Shown here piece after piece: positions 41,148-55,028 of a stretch of 64,000 bases of DNA. Every line of letters starts with the position of its first letter. Position 1 is the stretch's first letter. The stretch is from Octopus sinensis (Eukaryota). Below the pieces are notes generated by a model, which had not been told where the DNA came from, did no database searches, and saw only the letters and a program-made list of their open reading frames with translations. The position numbers and the translations under genes are program-made. The stretch covers positions 60,388,001 through 60,452,000 of the forward strand of contig NC_043004.1 in the NCBI RefSeq assembly GCF_006345805.1. Direction: 5' to 3'.

Positions 41148-41519
41148 AAACTGAAGTAAGTACCAGTTACGCACTGAGGTTGATGTAAACAACTTGCCGC
41201 TTCCCCTCAAAATTGTTGTGCTCGTGTCATAATTACAAAGAATTATTCCTTTCGTATAGCTCCGGATCTAATGGAGTTATGCCAATAGTTAATTAGAGAC
41301 ACAGCAACATTGACCATTCCGGGTTTTTTTTTCTCTTTTGATACACTTTATCTAAGAGTGCATTATCGATTTTACCTCAAATTCCTTTTTAAAAAAATTA
41401 AAGAAAACTGAACAAAAATCCTGATTGTGATTTTAGGATAACTTTCCTGCGACTGCACTAATACTGTTTCATTGTTTGTGCATCTGGTAAACATGGTTTT
41501 TATGGTAGGGGATTGTAGC

Positions 41520-41678
41520 AGTAACATGGGGGATGATGATGAGGACGAGGTGTTGATGATGACAACGACAATGGTAATTCCGATGAGTGTGGGACTTTTG
41601 AAATATGACGATGATGGATATTATTTGTTGACGGTATTAATGTTGACGGTTATTGTGATGATGATGATGATGATGATT

Positions 41679-41709
<31 letters not shown>

Positions 41710-41900
41710 CGATGGTGATGACGATGATGATGATAATGATGATGATGATGGAGAGAACGACGGCATAACGATGATGATGAGGCGGAGGAAAAGGTAAGAA
41801 GTATGAGGATGTTCGTGATGATTATGACGATGATGATGATGATAATTACGGTTACAATGACGAGAAACCGGCTGATGATGATGGTGATGATGATGTTGAT

Positions 41901-41935
<35 letters not shown>

Positions 41936-42547
41936 TGAGGATGATGATGATGTTCATGATGATTTCGGTGTTGATAGCGATGGTGTTGATGTTTAGGAGG
42001 AAGACGAAACCACGTATTTTTATGGCTTTTACTGGCTATTGGTTCAGTTTCAACAGAATTTATATTTGTTGCTGTTAATGTTGTTATTGTCCATTTTCTG
42101 ATTTTTTATTGTTTTTCTTTTTATAGTTTGTGGTTTCCTACCTTCCCCTTTTTTACTAATATGTTTTGTTTTTGCTTTATTGTTATTGGACTTTTAAAAA
42201 TTTTTCCTGCTGTTTAAGTTGCTTCTCATTAGCCTCCTCCTCCACCACCAACTTCCTTCTCTTCTCCTTCTCATCCTCGTCTTCTTCTTCCCCCTCTCTT
42301 CCTTCTCCATCTTCGTCTTTTCTACTTAATCGCTGTTTTAAAATTAACATTGCTTTTTAATCTTTTTTTTAATTATGTTACTTCACTACAATCAAGTGAT
42401 GATGTTACAAATGATGTGAACGATGATGATGACAGTGCTGCTGCAGCTCCTACTGCCCTGCAGCAGCAGCAGCAGCAGCTAATGATGATGATGAGGATGA
42501 TGATGATGATGGTTGTGGTGGTGGTGGTGGTGGTGGTGATGATGATG

Positions 42548-42580
<33 letters not shown>

Positions 42581-42624
42581 GGTGGTAGTGTTTGTGGTGG
42601 TGGTGGTTGTGGTGGTGGTGGTGG

Positions 42625-42655
<31 letters not shown>

Positions 42656-42675
42656 GGTGGTGGTGGTTGTGGTGG

Positions 42676-42707
<32 letters not shown>

Positions 42708-42740
42708 GTGATGATGACGATGATGATGATCATGTCATAA
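41520..42740. repeat. Two long GAT/GAC/GGT/CAG triplet-repeat blocks
   Basis: Direct reading (41520-41990 and 42395-42740). Confidence 0.9.
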
Positions 42741-45700
42741 TTCTTCTTAACGTTTATTCTGCTTGCTGTCGTTGTCTTGTCGTCTACTGTTTTTGCTGTT
42801 GCTCTTTTAGTTAAAACGCGGTTGAAGTTATGTGTATTATTATTCATTACATCATAATATATTTAACTGAGATTGCATTTTGTTCCTATTTAACCGTTTC
42901 AGTTGTTATAGCGAGAAGAATTTCAATTATCACCATGCCTTTTTCCTCTAACGAAGACGAATTCTTCTGAGATGTTATGGCTTTTTTTTCTTTCACAGAA
43001 AGAGATTTCGTTACTAGTCTTCGTTGTTTAAAATTATTTTCGTCATTGCTTTGCATGAAACAATTAAATTCCAAGTTATTAAACTACTTGGAGTTCTTGA
43101 AGTTGGTAAAATTTATTTTCCCCTTCTACATTCAGTTCTATTATTCTCCAAATTTGATCCAACTATTTTTGCTATTATAGCTGCTGCCAGTTTCACTTTA
43201 CCGTAATACATCATTAGGATCATGAAATTAGCCTACTGTGACAAGATCATGAACCTTCTGTTTCCAAAATGTCTAACAAGTTGTTGACGATTAGTTGCCT
43301 TCACCACATTAGCGAACAATTTGGGGAGATCTTCCTTCTATTTCTGAACTTTAGGAATGAAATACGAGAAAATACAATTATTAAAAATATGCATGTTGAA
43401 CCTAGAATACCTAGAATACAAGCCGTGGTAAAAATGCACTAACACTGTATGCATTTTACCTTCAAAACACGCGAATTTGCAACATTTCGAGAGCAAATTG
43501 CCGAAACACATTTCTTTCTAAATTTTCGACCAATTTTCTTACAATTTTGTTTATTCCGAGGCAGTGAAACCAGTTAATATAATTTCACATCATTTATACA
43601 TTAAGGACATGAAGAGCTTTTTCAATTTTTTCTCTCGAAAGGATCGATTTCTTCAGTCGTTGTACAGTCTGCTTCATCATGGGAAATCTAATTACTCATT
43701 TTATAGTGATTTCTCAATCGCTGGAGCCACTTGTCACTAACTTCGGAACTATTGTTGCCTATATCCTTATGCACGAGGACACAATAGTTTCCTTTTCTTC
43801 CCTTTGCAATTCTCATAAGCTTCGTCGTACCAATAGATGATTTAGCATTTGCACCACTTAATGAAAATTGCATGGTAGCATAAATTGAACAGTAATGCAT
43901 ATGCCGGATACTTTCAAAGTGCGCAATGTGTTTTTATGTTAAACCTACGAATCTATTGGAGTATAACTGAGAAGGATTTATACAAGCCTTTTGCTAATTC
44001 AATTTGACTTAATCATGTCTTTGAAACGTCTGTTATGCGATTTCAGAAGAAAATACATTGCGAAACGAAAATACAAGGATAGAATTGTTATAGAGAAAAT
44101 TTATTTTCTTTATAAGTTCCTGATGAATTTATACACACAATTACTCACGGGAAGTGGATGAAATAGAGGAATAAATCACACCCTCATAACAGGCATAATA
44201 CAGAGAGATTTCACGTTATCTCTATACATTTTCTATAAAAATTATGGACTTTTGATCCAATACTGAATATTTTGACTATTTTACACAAATACATCTATGT
44301 AAGTATGCGATTGAAGAAAGAAAAATAGGTAATGGGTGTATATGTATATATATATTATATATATATATATATATATATGGAGTTCTTCTTCCTGCTTCAT
44401 CACCGGATACACACAATTGACTATCCATGAACTTATTGGTTTAAAAGCCACAATGTTTAGCAGTGTAGCACTATTGGATAGACCAATTTACATATTAAAT
44501 ATATACCTGACAACTAGTACATAAATATATATTGCTGGTAGGAACACAATACTTCGTTTTCCAACCATTATTCAATCACGGTAGTATTTGAAGGCTGCAA
44601 TATACTCACATGTATCATCTTCAAAGCTTTGTCGCTAATTCAATTCTTAACCAAATTGAAAACTGTTAACAATTTTTGGAGCTTCATTTTCGCATAAATA
44701 CACTGAGATTTGGACTATTAAAAAAATTTACATGAAAACTTGTAGCAAGGTTACAGGAGAGTAAGTAACGCCTCTAATCAATTTTAGATCTAAATAACTT
44801 TTTTTATATTTTAAAAGCAAAATATATTTATCTTAGCTTAATGATAGAAGAAAGTATGAACAATTTCATAGTTTTGATCTCATGCAACAAACATTTGTAT
44901 CACAAAAGTTGTAAGGTAAATTGTCATGAAAAAATATATAAGACAAACAGTTGGATTTAAGTGTAATTATATTTTTTCTTTTAAAATCAAGCTATATTTT
45001 AATTAAGCTTAAATGATAGAGCTCAATTCTAGGAATTTCATGGTATCAATCTCATGCAGTGAAGTTTTAACAGAAAAAGTTATGAGTGTTTGTTTCCCAA
45101 ATTTGAGGGTGATTATATATTTCTATACTATTTTATGAATACAGTTCTATAAAAGACTTTTAATGTATATCATCGGCTTCATTGAGGTAAGGAAAAAATT
45201 ATCAACGCCACCGCTAATTTGCAATTAGCTTAATTATGTCATTAGTATTAATTAATGCAATTATAAAAATGAAAGACTTGAAATATTATTTAGAAATTTG
45301 GCAATAGCCTAGCCATTTTGGCAATCTTTCGTTTTAACTCGAAGGCGTGTGCGCGTAGCCTAGCTGTTACCTTGCGGTATTCGGTAAATTCCGTAAAAAT
45401 TTATAATTTTTTTTTTGTGAGTGGAAATGTATATTTTATCTGAAGTCAGCATAAAGTGTAAGAGAGGGGAAATGGACATGGACTTGTGTATGTGTTGATG
45501 TGGGGCGTGCGAGACAGAAAGAGTGTGTTGTGTGTGTAGGTGAGAGAGAGAGAGAAGAGAATATGAGAGTGTGCATTTAAAAATTTTTTTTCTCGGATCA
45601 TTTTTCAGTGAATGTGTGAGTGATTGACTGAGAGAGAGAGAGAGAGAAAGAGAGAGTGACAGTGTAAATTTTACTTAGCTACTTGTACAAAGCAATTGTC

Positions 45701-45868
45701 ATGAGAACACACAACTTCAGCCAGTGACTGACTTTTTTTCTCTCCCTTACACGTATAAAAAAAAACATATATTTATGTATGTACGCGTATACGACAGATA
45801 ATGGGTGAACGTATCTGTGTGTATGCGTGTGTAACTGACCCTAGTCATTTTACACATACATGACAACA

Positions 45869-45905
<37 letters not shown>

Positions 45906-46429
45906 TTCACTCCCTACAAAAGGATGCAAGTAAAACTAAATAACTGAAAAAACTCCCGCTATTACTCTCTCCTTTTTTCTTTCTCTCACATGCACACAGA
46001 GCAAGAACACCTCTCTCTCTCTCTCTCTCTCTTTCTCTGACAACACTCCTCTAACTCTCCCTCCCAGTCTAACACAAACTAAAAAATATGCGAGATGAAG
46101 TAAATACAAAGTACGCTAACACTCCCTCCCGCTCTCCCTCTCTCTCTTTCTCTCTGACAACACACCTCTCTCTCTCAGTCAATCACTCTCACTCGCTCAA
46201 AAAGATGCGAGAATAAATAAATAAAAGATTACGCTGTCACTCTCCCTCAGAAACTCACACAACCACAACACACACATCCCCCTCTCTCTCTCTCTCTCTC
46301 TCTCATACACACACACATAACACAGAGTTTAAATCTATTATTCAATTTTCAATAAGGTAAAATATTAAATTATTAATTGACACGTTATTAAGTAGCATAA
46401 TAGTATGGCCTGGGAAAAACATGGATTAC

Positions 46430-47255
46430 ATGGAAAATGCAACAAAAGAAATCATATTCCTAAGATTATAAACCTGGAAAAGTACAGGGATAGTTATTGC
46501 ATTTAGAAAAGTGCAGGACAAGTTATTACATCTGGTAAAGTACAGAACAAGAAAACTCTTACTTAAAATGTTGTAGCTAAAGATAAAATTTGAATATTAA
46601 AAATTGTTTGATTCTAATTTACAAAATAACATTATAATTAAAAAAAGGTAGCATCATTTTGTTAAAATATTCATACACTAGAATACTTAAAAAATGAGAG
46701 TCAGAAGTACCAAATATAGCTAAAGTTTTCTGCAAAGTGGAATAGAATAGGCAAATTTATTATGTAAAATATCGGATGGCAGTAACTTAGGCAATAACTC
46801 AAGCAGTTTACTGTTCTTTTGTTGTTAAAGTTAGATTTTACCGTAAAATATAACTATTATTTCTATTATTCTATTTATTGTACTAACTAATTATGTAATA
46901 CTATTATTTTTCATAACCTATTTTCAAATTTGTAATTATTAATTAATAATTTTTTTTAAATGATTTTTTTCAAAGTACAAAACTACTTTGAGCTATTTCT
47001 TATTTTCAATACAAGTAACAGGTAATAACAAATAGAAGTAATGACTTGTAATAAAATGTTTAGTTTTACTAAAAGTTAATATTTGCTAAATCTAAATATT
47101 TTATTTGAAATTTTATCTTTAGCTGCAATATTTGAAATAACATTTTTGTTGTTCTATACTTTACCAGATGTAATAACCTGTCCTGAACTTTTCCAAGCGT
47201 AGAAATTTGTCCTGTACATTTCCAAGATTATAATCTTAAGAATATTATTTCTCTT
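46430..47255. repeat. Degenerate AT-rich fold-back element
   Basis: AAGTTATTACATCTGGTAAAGTACAGAACAA (about 46521) matches the reverse complement of TTGTTCTATACTTTACCAGATGTAATAACCT (about 47149-47180). Homology extends about 190 bp per arm. Confidence 0.65.
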
Positions 47256-48151
47256 GCTCATATTTTTCTATACCAAATATATTAAAGATTTATAAGTCAA
47301 TATTGCTTCATAATTTAATACTTTTAATATGTACATTGGCTTATCTAGTAATTTTACACTTTTAAAATTCGTGGGTATTTAAGCAACGTCTTCATGGATG
47401 GTTAATGGGTTAGATGTACAGCTCAAGAAAAGGCAATAACTCCTGAACTACGCATTGTCTTCCTAGATGTTTTCGTATACAAAACGTCATAACTTTCAAC
47501 GCAGGCTCTAAATTCAATAAAAAAATATGAAGGGATAACTTAAAAGTGATTAAATTGCACTGTTAACTCAAACGTAGGACACCCTATTGACTTATAAACC
47601 GATAATATACTTGGTGGTGTATTAAGATTACAAATCGAAGCAGAGTGTCCCTAAAAATAATTAACTTATAGAGAGAGAATCAGAAGGAATGAATGAATTC
47701 CTGGATTGGAAAATGAATGGAAGTTAATCAAAATATGGTACATTTGTGAGAAGGTTGTGAAAGTGAATAATAAATCCAAAAGTTCCAGTAAATCTTGGAT
47801 TTACTGAGTATATATGTTTGGAACTTATCAGCGTCGCTGAGTGAGAAAGCGTGAATATCACGTACAGAATATGTCTCTATGAAACACTGATTCAAAAAGA
47901 CCGCAGCAGAATTCTGTACTGACATCGCTTATTTAATCCAAGGATGTATACATGTTATTCGGTAACTGGCTTACGATGCTGTGTTTACAGAAAGTGACAT
48001 TGATTGTTGTTTGTTTAATACAGTGTGGTTTGAGTATTAATAGGCTGCTGCCTCCACCACATCGAGTGACCACTTATACGAATGGTATGATGTTCATGCT
48101 GTTGATATTCTCGTTGGCTTTTGTTGTTGCTTTTTATTTATCTATTCATTA

Positions 48152-48365
48152 ATTCTTTTACTTGTTTCAGTCATTTGATTGACTACAGCCATGCTGGAGC
48201 ACAACGTTGAAGGGCTTTAGTCGAGCAAGTCGATCCCAGGACTTATTTTGAGGCCTAGTACTTAGTCTACCGGTTTTTTGTGCCAAACCGATAAATTAAG
48301 GGGACGTAAACTCCCCAACACCGATTGTCAAATGATGATGGGTGACAAAAATAGACACACACACA
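48152..48365 (-). mobile_element. SINE family A, 3' half
   Basis: TTTTACTTGTTTCAGTCATTTGATT...CCATGCTGGAGCAC...GGGACGTAAAC. Confidence 0.8.
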
Positions 48366-48809
48366 CACATATATACTTGTAGTAAAACCTGTCGCTGATC
48401 GGATAACTATTTTTACTGCTTATCAGGAGCCATATTGAACATGCACGAGTGCATTTTTAGAAGAGAAATCTGTAATATTTGAAAGTAGAAGAAAGATGAA
48501 TATCGTACATTAACTTGTGTTTGTTTATGATATGATAATAGTAAGTAAGTTTTGTATTATTTTATTTCTCTAGCATTTCCTTGATGTTCGGTTTCAGATA
48601 CATGTCCAGCTTTCTTTCTCTGTTACTGATCTGCAAGTTGTGAGTGTGCCTCATCGTCGTTTTCTGGTGCACGTCGTGCGTTTGTTTGCTGTTCGTTTTG
48701 TGACTGCATTTTTTTAGGTGACATTTTTTTATATTAAAAATCAGTAAGTAATAGTGAAATAAAATCCGGACGCTATGTTACAGTAATGCAAGGAAAATAA
48801 GTATATGCA

Positions 48810-49226
48810 CTTTTACTCTTTTACTTGTTTCCGTCATTTGATTGCGGCCATGCTGGAGCACCGCCTTTAGTCGAGCAAATCGACCCAAGGACTTATTCTT
48901 TGTAAGCCTTGTACTTATTATATCTGTTTCTTTTGCCGAGCGGCTAAGTTACGGGGACGTAAACACACCAGCATCGGTTGTCAAGCGATGTTGGGGGAAA
49001 AACACAGACACACAAACATACACAAACACACAAACATATATATATATACATATACATATATACGACAGGCTTCTTTCAGTTTCCGTCTACCAAATCCACT
49101 CAGAATGCTTTGGTCGGACCGGGGCTATAGTAGAAGACACTTACCCAAGGTGCCACGCAGTGGGACTGAACCCGGAACCGTGTGGTTGGTATGCAAGCTA
49201 CTTACCACACAGCCACTCCTGCACCT
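48810..49226 (-). mobile_element. SINE family A, full length
   Basis: Colinear with 421-820. Confidence 0.9.
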
Positions 49227-50294
49227 ATATCATATAGAACAATAGCTTATGGGAATGAGAAATTTTTTCATAAGGAATATAAAGTAAACTGGAGTGAAGT
49301 GAATGTACAAATAATGTGTGAATATCAGTAAGTGATAGTGAAATCAATTTGCAAATGCTGAATGGTGTCAGGGTTTTTGCTGAAATTCCGACGCTATATC
49401 ACAGGAATGTAGGACAAAGCGTTGTGTTTTTTCCACCTTTTACTTAATTCAGTCATTAGATTGCGGCTATGCTGGGGCACCGCCTTGAATAAATTTTAGT
49501 TGAACGTATTGACCACACAATGCTTTATTCATTTTTATTTTTACCTGTGGCAGTCATTAGAGAGAGAGAGAAGGAGAAACGGGAGAGAGGGGAAGAGAGG
49601 GGAGAGATGCAGGGAGAGAGAGAGGGAGGGAGAGAGAGAGAGAGAGAGGGGGAGAAAGAGGGATGGAGAGAGGGAGAGAGAAATTGAAAGGTGTCGATTC
49701 TTTGAAAACTGGCCCTTTAGCTCGCTCTGGTTACACGGCCATCATCATTATCATCACCATAGTTTAAGTGTGAAAGTGGACAAAACAGCCACGCTTATAA
49801 ATGAGATGGTGTCTCATTTATGTTTTGCGGGACGAACAAACAAACAGACAGAATCTCTCTTTTACACATATACGTATAGATATACGACGAGCTTTTTTTC
49901 TTCAAATTCTGTATTTATTTATTTATTTAATTTATTAATTTATGTTTTTAATTATTCACTGCATATTGTTTTATGCTTCGTTTTATGTGATCGAGAATTT
50001 TTCAACATCAAATCAGACTGGTCATGAGTGTCCTTACGAGTTAGCTATAACTGAAGCCACAATGTCTAATGCATCTTTTTGATATGGAAAAGGGAAATTT
50101 GGCTGCTGTTTCTAGGATATCCATTAACCAGGTAGAATACCTGCAAAAGTTGGTTACCTTGCTGTTTTGATGTTGTCGATGAGATTTTGGTTGTTGTTTC
50201 TACAACAACCATATATAGTTAATTGGAAGGCAAATCAATAACGTTAATTAAATACAAGAAGCAGGTCATAAGTAATTAAGCCAATTAGTAACAT

Positions 50295-50579
50295 GAACAG
50301 CAACAGCAGCAACATTAAAAAGCCGACATATTTATCCTTGTCGGTGTCTTTAACGTTGTCATCAGCAGAAACGACACCAGCCCTACTTCCACTACCGCTA
50401 CCACCACCACTACCACCACAACCACCCCCGCCGCCACCAACACCACCACCACGACAACCCCACAACCACCGCCGCCACGGCTAATAACACCACCACAACA
50501 TAATATTCATCATTACCATTGGCATGATTATCGCCATCATTTCTGTTATCATCTTCTTCTTCACGAGGAACGAAAAGAA

Positions 50580-50611
<32 letters not shown>

Positions 50612-50910
50612 AGAGGAAGAAGAAAACATAAAAGAAGAAGACGTAGAAGAAGAAGAAGAAGAAGAAGAAGAAGAAGACGTAGAAGAAGAAGAAGAAGAAG
50701 AAGATGAAGAAGAAGATGAAGAAGAAGACGTAGAAGAAGAAGACGTAGAAGAAGAAGAAGAAGAAGAAGAAGAAGAAGAAGAAGAAGAAGAAGGCGTAAA
50801 AGAAGAAGAAGAAGAAGAAGAAGAAGAAGGCGTAAAAGAAGAAGAAGAAGAAGAAGAAGAAGAAGAAGAAGAAGAAGAAGAAGAAGACGTAGAAGAAGAA
50901 GAAGAAGAAG
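50295..50910. repeat. CAC/CAA triplet block and long (GAA)n with periodic GACGTA interruptions
   Basis: Direct reading. Confidence 0.9.
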
Positions 50911-52154
50911 ACTTAATTAATTTGGCGTTTGTGATATAACGTTCTACGTTTTTTCTTTTAACTTGCCTCTGAAAATAAGCCGATTGAAGTCGCAGTTTGA
51001 AGGTTCTGAGAGAAAAACGGCTTTGTTAGGTATTAAGAAAATATTCGTTTTTATTTATCTTTTGGGGGGAGAGGGGGTGCTTTCTTCCCATCACTTTCAT
51101 ATTCTGTCCATCGGTACAATTCTTGGTAATTGTAACAATCAGCGTCGACTAGTAACTAGATAATCTCTCTTAACACAGTATTACGCAGCAAATAAACAAG
51201 TAAATGATATGGTGCAGACCAATTTTGTAAGGTTTCATTTGACAGAAAATGAAGTCATGTATACTAATATATCATTTCCGTCTCAAATACATTTTGGCAG
51301 ATTCAAACCTGAATAGCTGGTCGCAGTTGTTTACCATCAAAGGAGAACATATACCCACTTTATACTATATTTGTTCATAGAATAAGTAATTCATCGGTGA
51401 AAAAGAACTTAGAGGTACCGTGGTGTTTCGACCGTAGAGAGTGTCTCCTTAGTCATACATATTTGATGGATGTAACAAGTTATTAGAGGTTCATATTTAT
51501 AGAAACTACAAATAAATTTTTTTCTGATGAGCGCTGATATCTTCTAGATGCATAATAATTCATGAGACGCACGTAGATCAGCGAGAAATATCATATAATT
51601 CGTTTACAATATTTTCTGGGAATATCTAATCGCTAATGTCTATCGCCATTGCAGCATTTCTCCGTTTAAACAACAACTATTCATAACGTACGTTGTAAGA
51701 GGACTTGAGTCACAGCAATTCAACAGTGTAAGGGGATTTGAGACACACAAAGAAAGATGCTCTTCGAAGACGAAATTCTACAGTGATCAGTTAATTACAT
51801 TCGAATCTGAACTGTTAATCGTTGGATTTCCGCTATTCTGCCTTCACCATATGAGTTACTAAATTCGTATTCAATGGTTTGTAATGTAGACTCAAGTCCA
51901 GAAATTAAATTTCAACGGATGGTGGTTTGACGGTAGTGATTAAATTGTGTTTTAGTTTTACTAACACTGGAATGGTTAAAGTCAAAATTGACCACAGAGA
52001 GTTTTGAATTTAGAAGGTACAGAGCCGCAAGAAATAGCATGATGCATTTTTCCTTCCCTCAAAAGATTGTTCCAGCCACTGCCGGCTACACACAAAATGA
52101 TAGATAATAAAAAACTATTAATCTAAAAATATATTAAAGCATACTTACTTTAAA

Positions 52155-52370
52155 GTGGAGGCGCAATGGCCCAGTGGTTAGGGCAGTGGACTCGCGGTCG
52201 GAGGATCGCGGTCTCGATTCCCAGCCCGGGAATTTATTGTGTATTTATTGAGCGAAAACACCTGAAAGCTCCATGAGGCTCCGGCGGGGGAGGTGTACTC
52301 TTTCGCCTCAACTTTCTCTTAATCTCTCTTCTTGCTTCTTGAGAAACACTGCGATGGACTGGCGAACACT
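52155..52370 (+). mobile_element. SINE family C head plus divergent or truncated body
   Basis: GTGGAGGCGCAATGGCCCAGTGGTTAGGGCAG...TTTATTGAGCGAAAACACCT. Confidence 0.8.
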
Positions 52371-52613
52371 TACGCCACAGAAACTGGGAAACCGAGCCCA
52401 AGAACCTGGCTAGGCTTGAAAAGGGAGACATTTATCGTTATACTTACTTTCGCATCGTAACAAGGTATTAGGATTACGTGTAATACATGCAGCAGAAAGA
52501 GCATATTAAACATGTTTGTGGCGAATAGTTGGGTAGATATATATACATATATATATATATCTAGATAGATAGATATATGCATAAATATATATATATATAT
52601 ATAGATAGATAGG

Positions 52614-52656
<43 letters not shown>

Positions 52657-53303
52657 ATAGATAGATGCATATATACATACAAACATGCATATTTGCGCCT
52701 GTATGGCATTTTGCGAAATGTGCATTTGTGTGTACGTGCTTGTTTGTGTGTATATAAATTAAAAAAAAGTTAACCTGTATAAATTACACCCTAGAAATAA
52801 GGTGCGCTTCAGAGTTAGATTCCCTATGAATGATTTATCATACTACGCAATTATGCCGCTGTAACACTTGAAATTCATCCTCAAATTAAGGAAATATTAG
52901 CTCTGCTCGAATATAACTATTCCTGTTCCCAAGGGTTATCATGATCCATTATATATTAAATATTGGAAATGTTTTTTTATTGAGTTTTTTTTTTTGTTTT
53001 ACACGAAATATCATTGTATTCCTGACATGAAACTCAGATTTTTTTTTCATGTACTTTAATGAATTTGTAATTAAGATATACGTCATCATACATGGCAATA
53101 ACTATACATACATGCATCTAGAGTGTTGGAAGTATATGTATGCATACTTACAGTTACACAGACCACCACAAATATCCTTTTCCTCGTGTATGTGGGTGCG
53201 TGGTATGCGTGCCTGTGAGTGTGTGTATATGTGTGTAAGGATACACATACTTGCGGATACATATTACATGTATGTGTGTGCGTGTGCGTGTGTGTGTATC
53301 CTG

Positions 53304-53553
53304 TTATTCTTTTATTTGTTTCAGTTATTTGACAGTGACCATGCTGGGTCACCGCCTTTAGTGGAACAAATCGAGCCCAGAACTTATTCTTTGTAAGCCT
53401 AGTAGTTATTCTATCCTCTCTTTTGCCGAACCGCTAATGTTACGAGGACGTAAACACACCAGTATCGACTGTCAAGCGATGGTGGGGTGACAAACACAGA
53501 AGCACAAACATATACATAACATGCATATCTATCTATCTATCTATCTCTCTCTC

Positions 53554-53592
<39 letters not shown>

Positions 53593-53815
53593 TTGTGTGT
53601 GCGTGTGTGTATACATACATATATATATACATATATATATATATACATACGTGCATAAATACGACTGGCTTCTTTTAGCTTCCGTCTGCCAAATCCACCC
53701 ATAAGGCTTTGGTCAGCCCGAGGCTATAGTATAAGACACTTGCCCAAGGTGACACGCAATGGGATTGAACCCGGAACCAAGTGCTTCGTATGCAAGCTAC
53801 TTATCACACACCCAT
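53304..53815 (-). mobile_element. SINE family A with expanded internal microsatellite
   Basis: Colinear with the other family A copies. Confidence 0.85.
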
Positions 53816-54535
53816 TACTGGTAGGGACACGGTATATACGTACATATATATATTTTCCTAGAGGTATATAAATGCGAATGTTTGTGTTGCGTGTGTATTC
53901 ATGCATATATAAAGACATTATTATTTTTTCATGTATCTAACATTTGTATATATAAAGTATTTTGCAGTTCGTAGTGTGTGTGTATCTGCGTGGACGTGGA
54001 TGCACATTATTTTTGGTAAGTCAGGTTATCGTAGAAATTTCTTTTTTCAGGCTTTTTTACTTGTGAAACCAAATAACTCACATCTCCCTTTTGAATTCGA
54101 TAAAACAAAGAAATTCTGAAGTACCGAGGGCAATGTAATCATATTATTCTCTCTCCCCAAAACTGGTGGCAACTGTAACCATTCTTTTTCCTCGAAAAGA
54201 AGGAAGCTTTCAGAATCATGAGCACATGAGAAAAAAATTCTTAGCTGCGTTTCTTCGCTTTGACCTTCTGAGTTAAAATTATGCTAAACTCAACTTGGCT
54301 TTTCCTTTCGGGCTTGATAAAATAGCAGCTAGTCATGTAATAGGATCGATGTAATCGGCTAAACCCTCCCTTTAAAATAACTGTTTTATACCAGAGTTGA
54401 AACCGCTTAATACGGAACGCTATCAGAATTGTTTGAGCGGCATTTTTTTTGAGGCTTTAAGTTCAAATTTGTTTTATTTCCTAATATAATACTGAGAATA
54501 GCGTTTTTATATATTTGTATGTGTATATATGTATG

Positions 54536-54676
<141 letters not shown>

Positions 54677-54993
54677 TGTGTGTGTGTTTGCGTGTATAGT
54701 TATCCAAAATCACAGAGTAGAAGAAGGACGGAGTAGGCGAGAGAGTAGTATAAGAGAAGGAAGAGGAAACAAAATAGTCATTCAGTGAATGAGAAGTAGT
54801 GAGAGTAATCGCCCTGACTGAGAGAGAGTCAAAGAAACTAAAAGCAACGAGAGAAAGGAAGTGGCAAAGAGAGCGTCGTGCATCTTCAATTTTTCACCGT
54901 CACAACATATGAATGAGAAAGGAAGGGGCTAAAAAGAATTAGCGTTTCCAGTCCGTGTGAGTATAATCTGTGTATGTAAAAAGAAGGTATTTG

Positions 54994-55028
<35 letters not shown>

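Noticed and set aside
44115-44175. CTGATGA...GAAA motif
   Set aside because: Only wobble pairs form stem II and there is no NUH site.
45360-46330. Possible minus-strand Helitron (CTAG at 45360 with TACC-ttgc-GGTA hairpin); similar CTAG end at 55236
   Set aside because: The 3'-end signature is plausible, but no convincing 5' TC terminus or second copy is present in the window.
51520-51620. CTGATGA-GCGCTGAT...ATCAGCGA-GAAA hammerhead-like motif
   Set aside because: A 7-bp stem II is present, but no compatible stem I or stem III/NUH arrangement was found in type I or type III topology.
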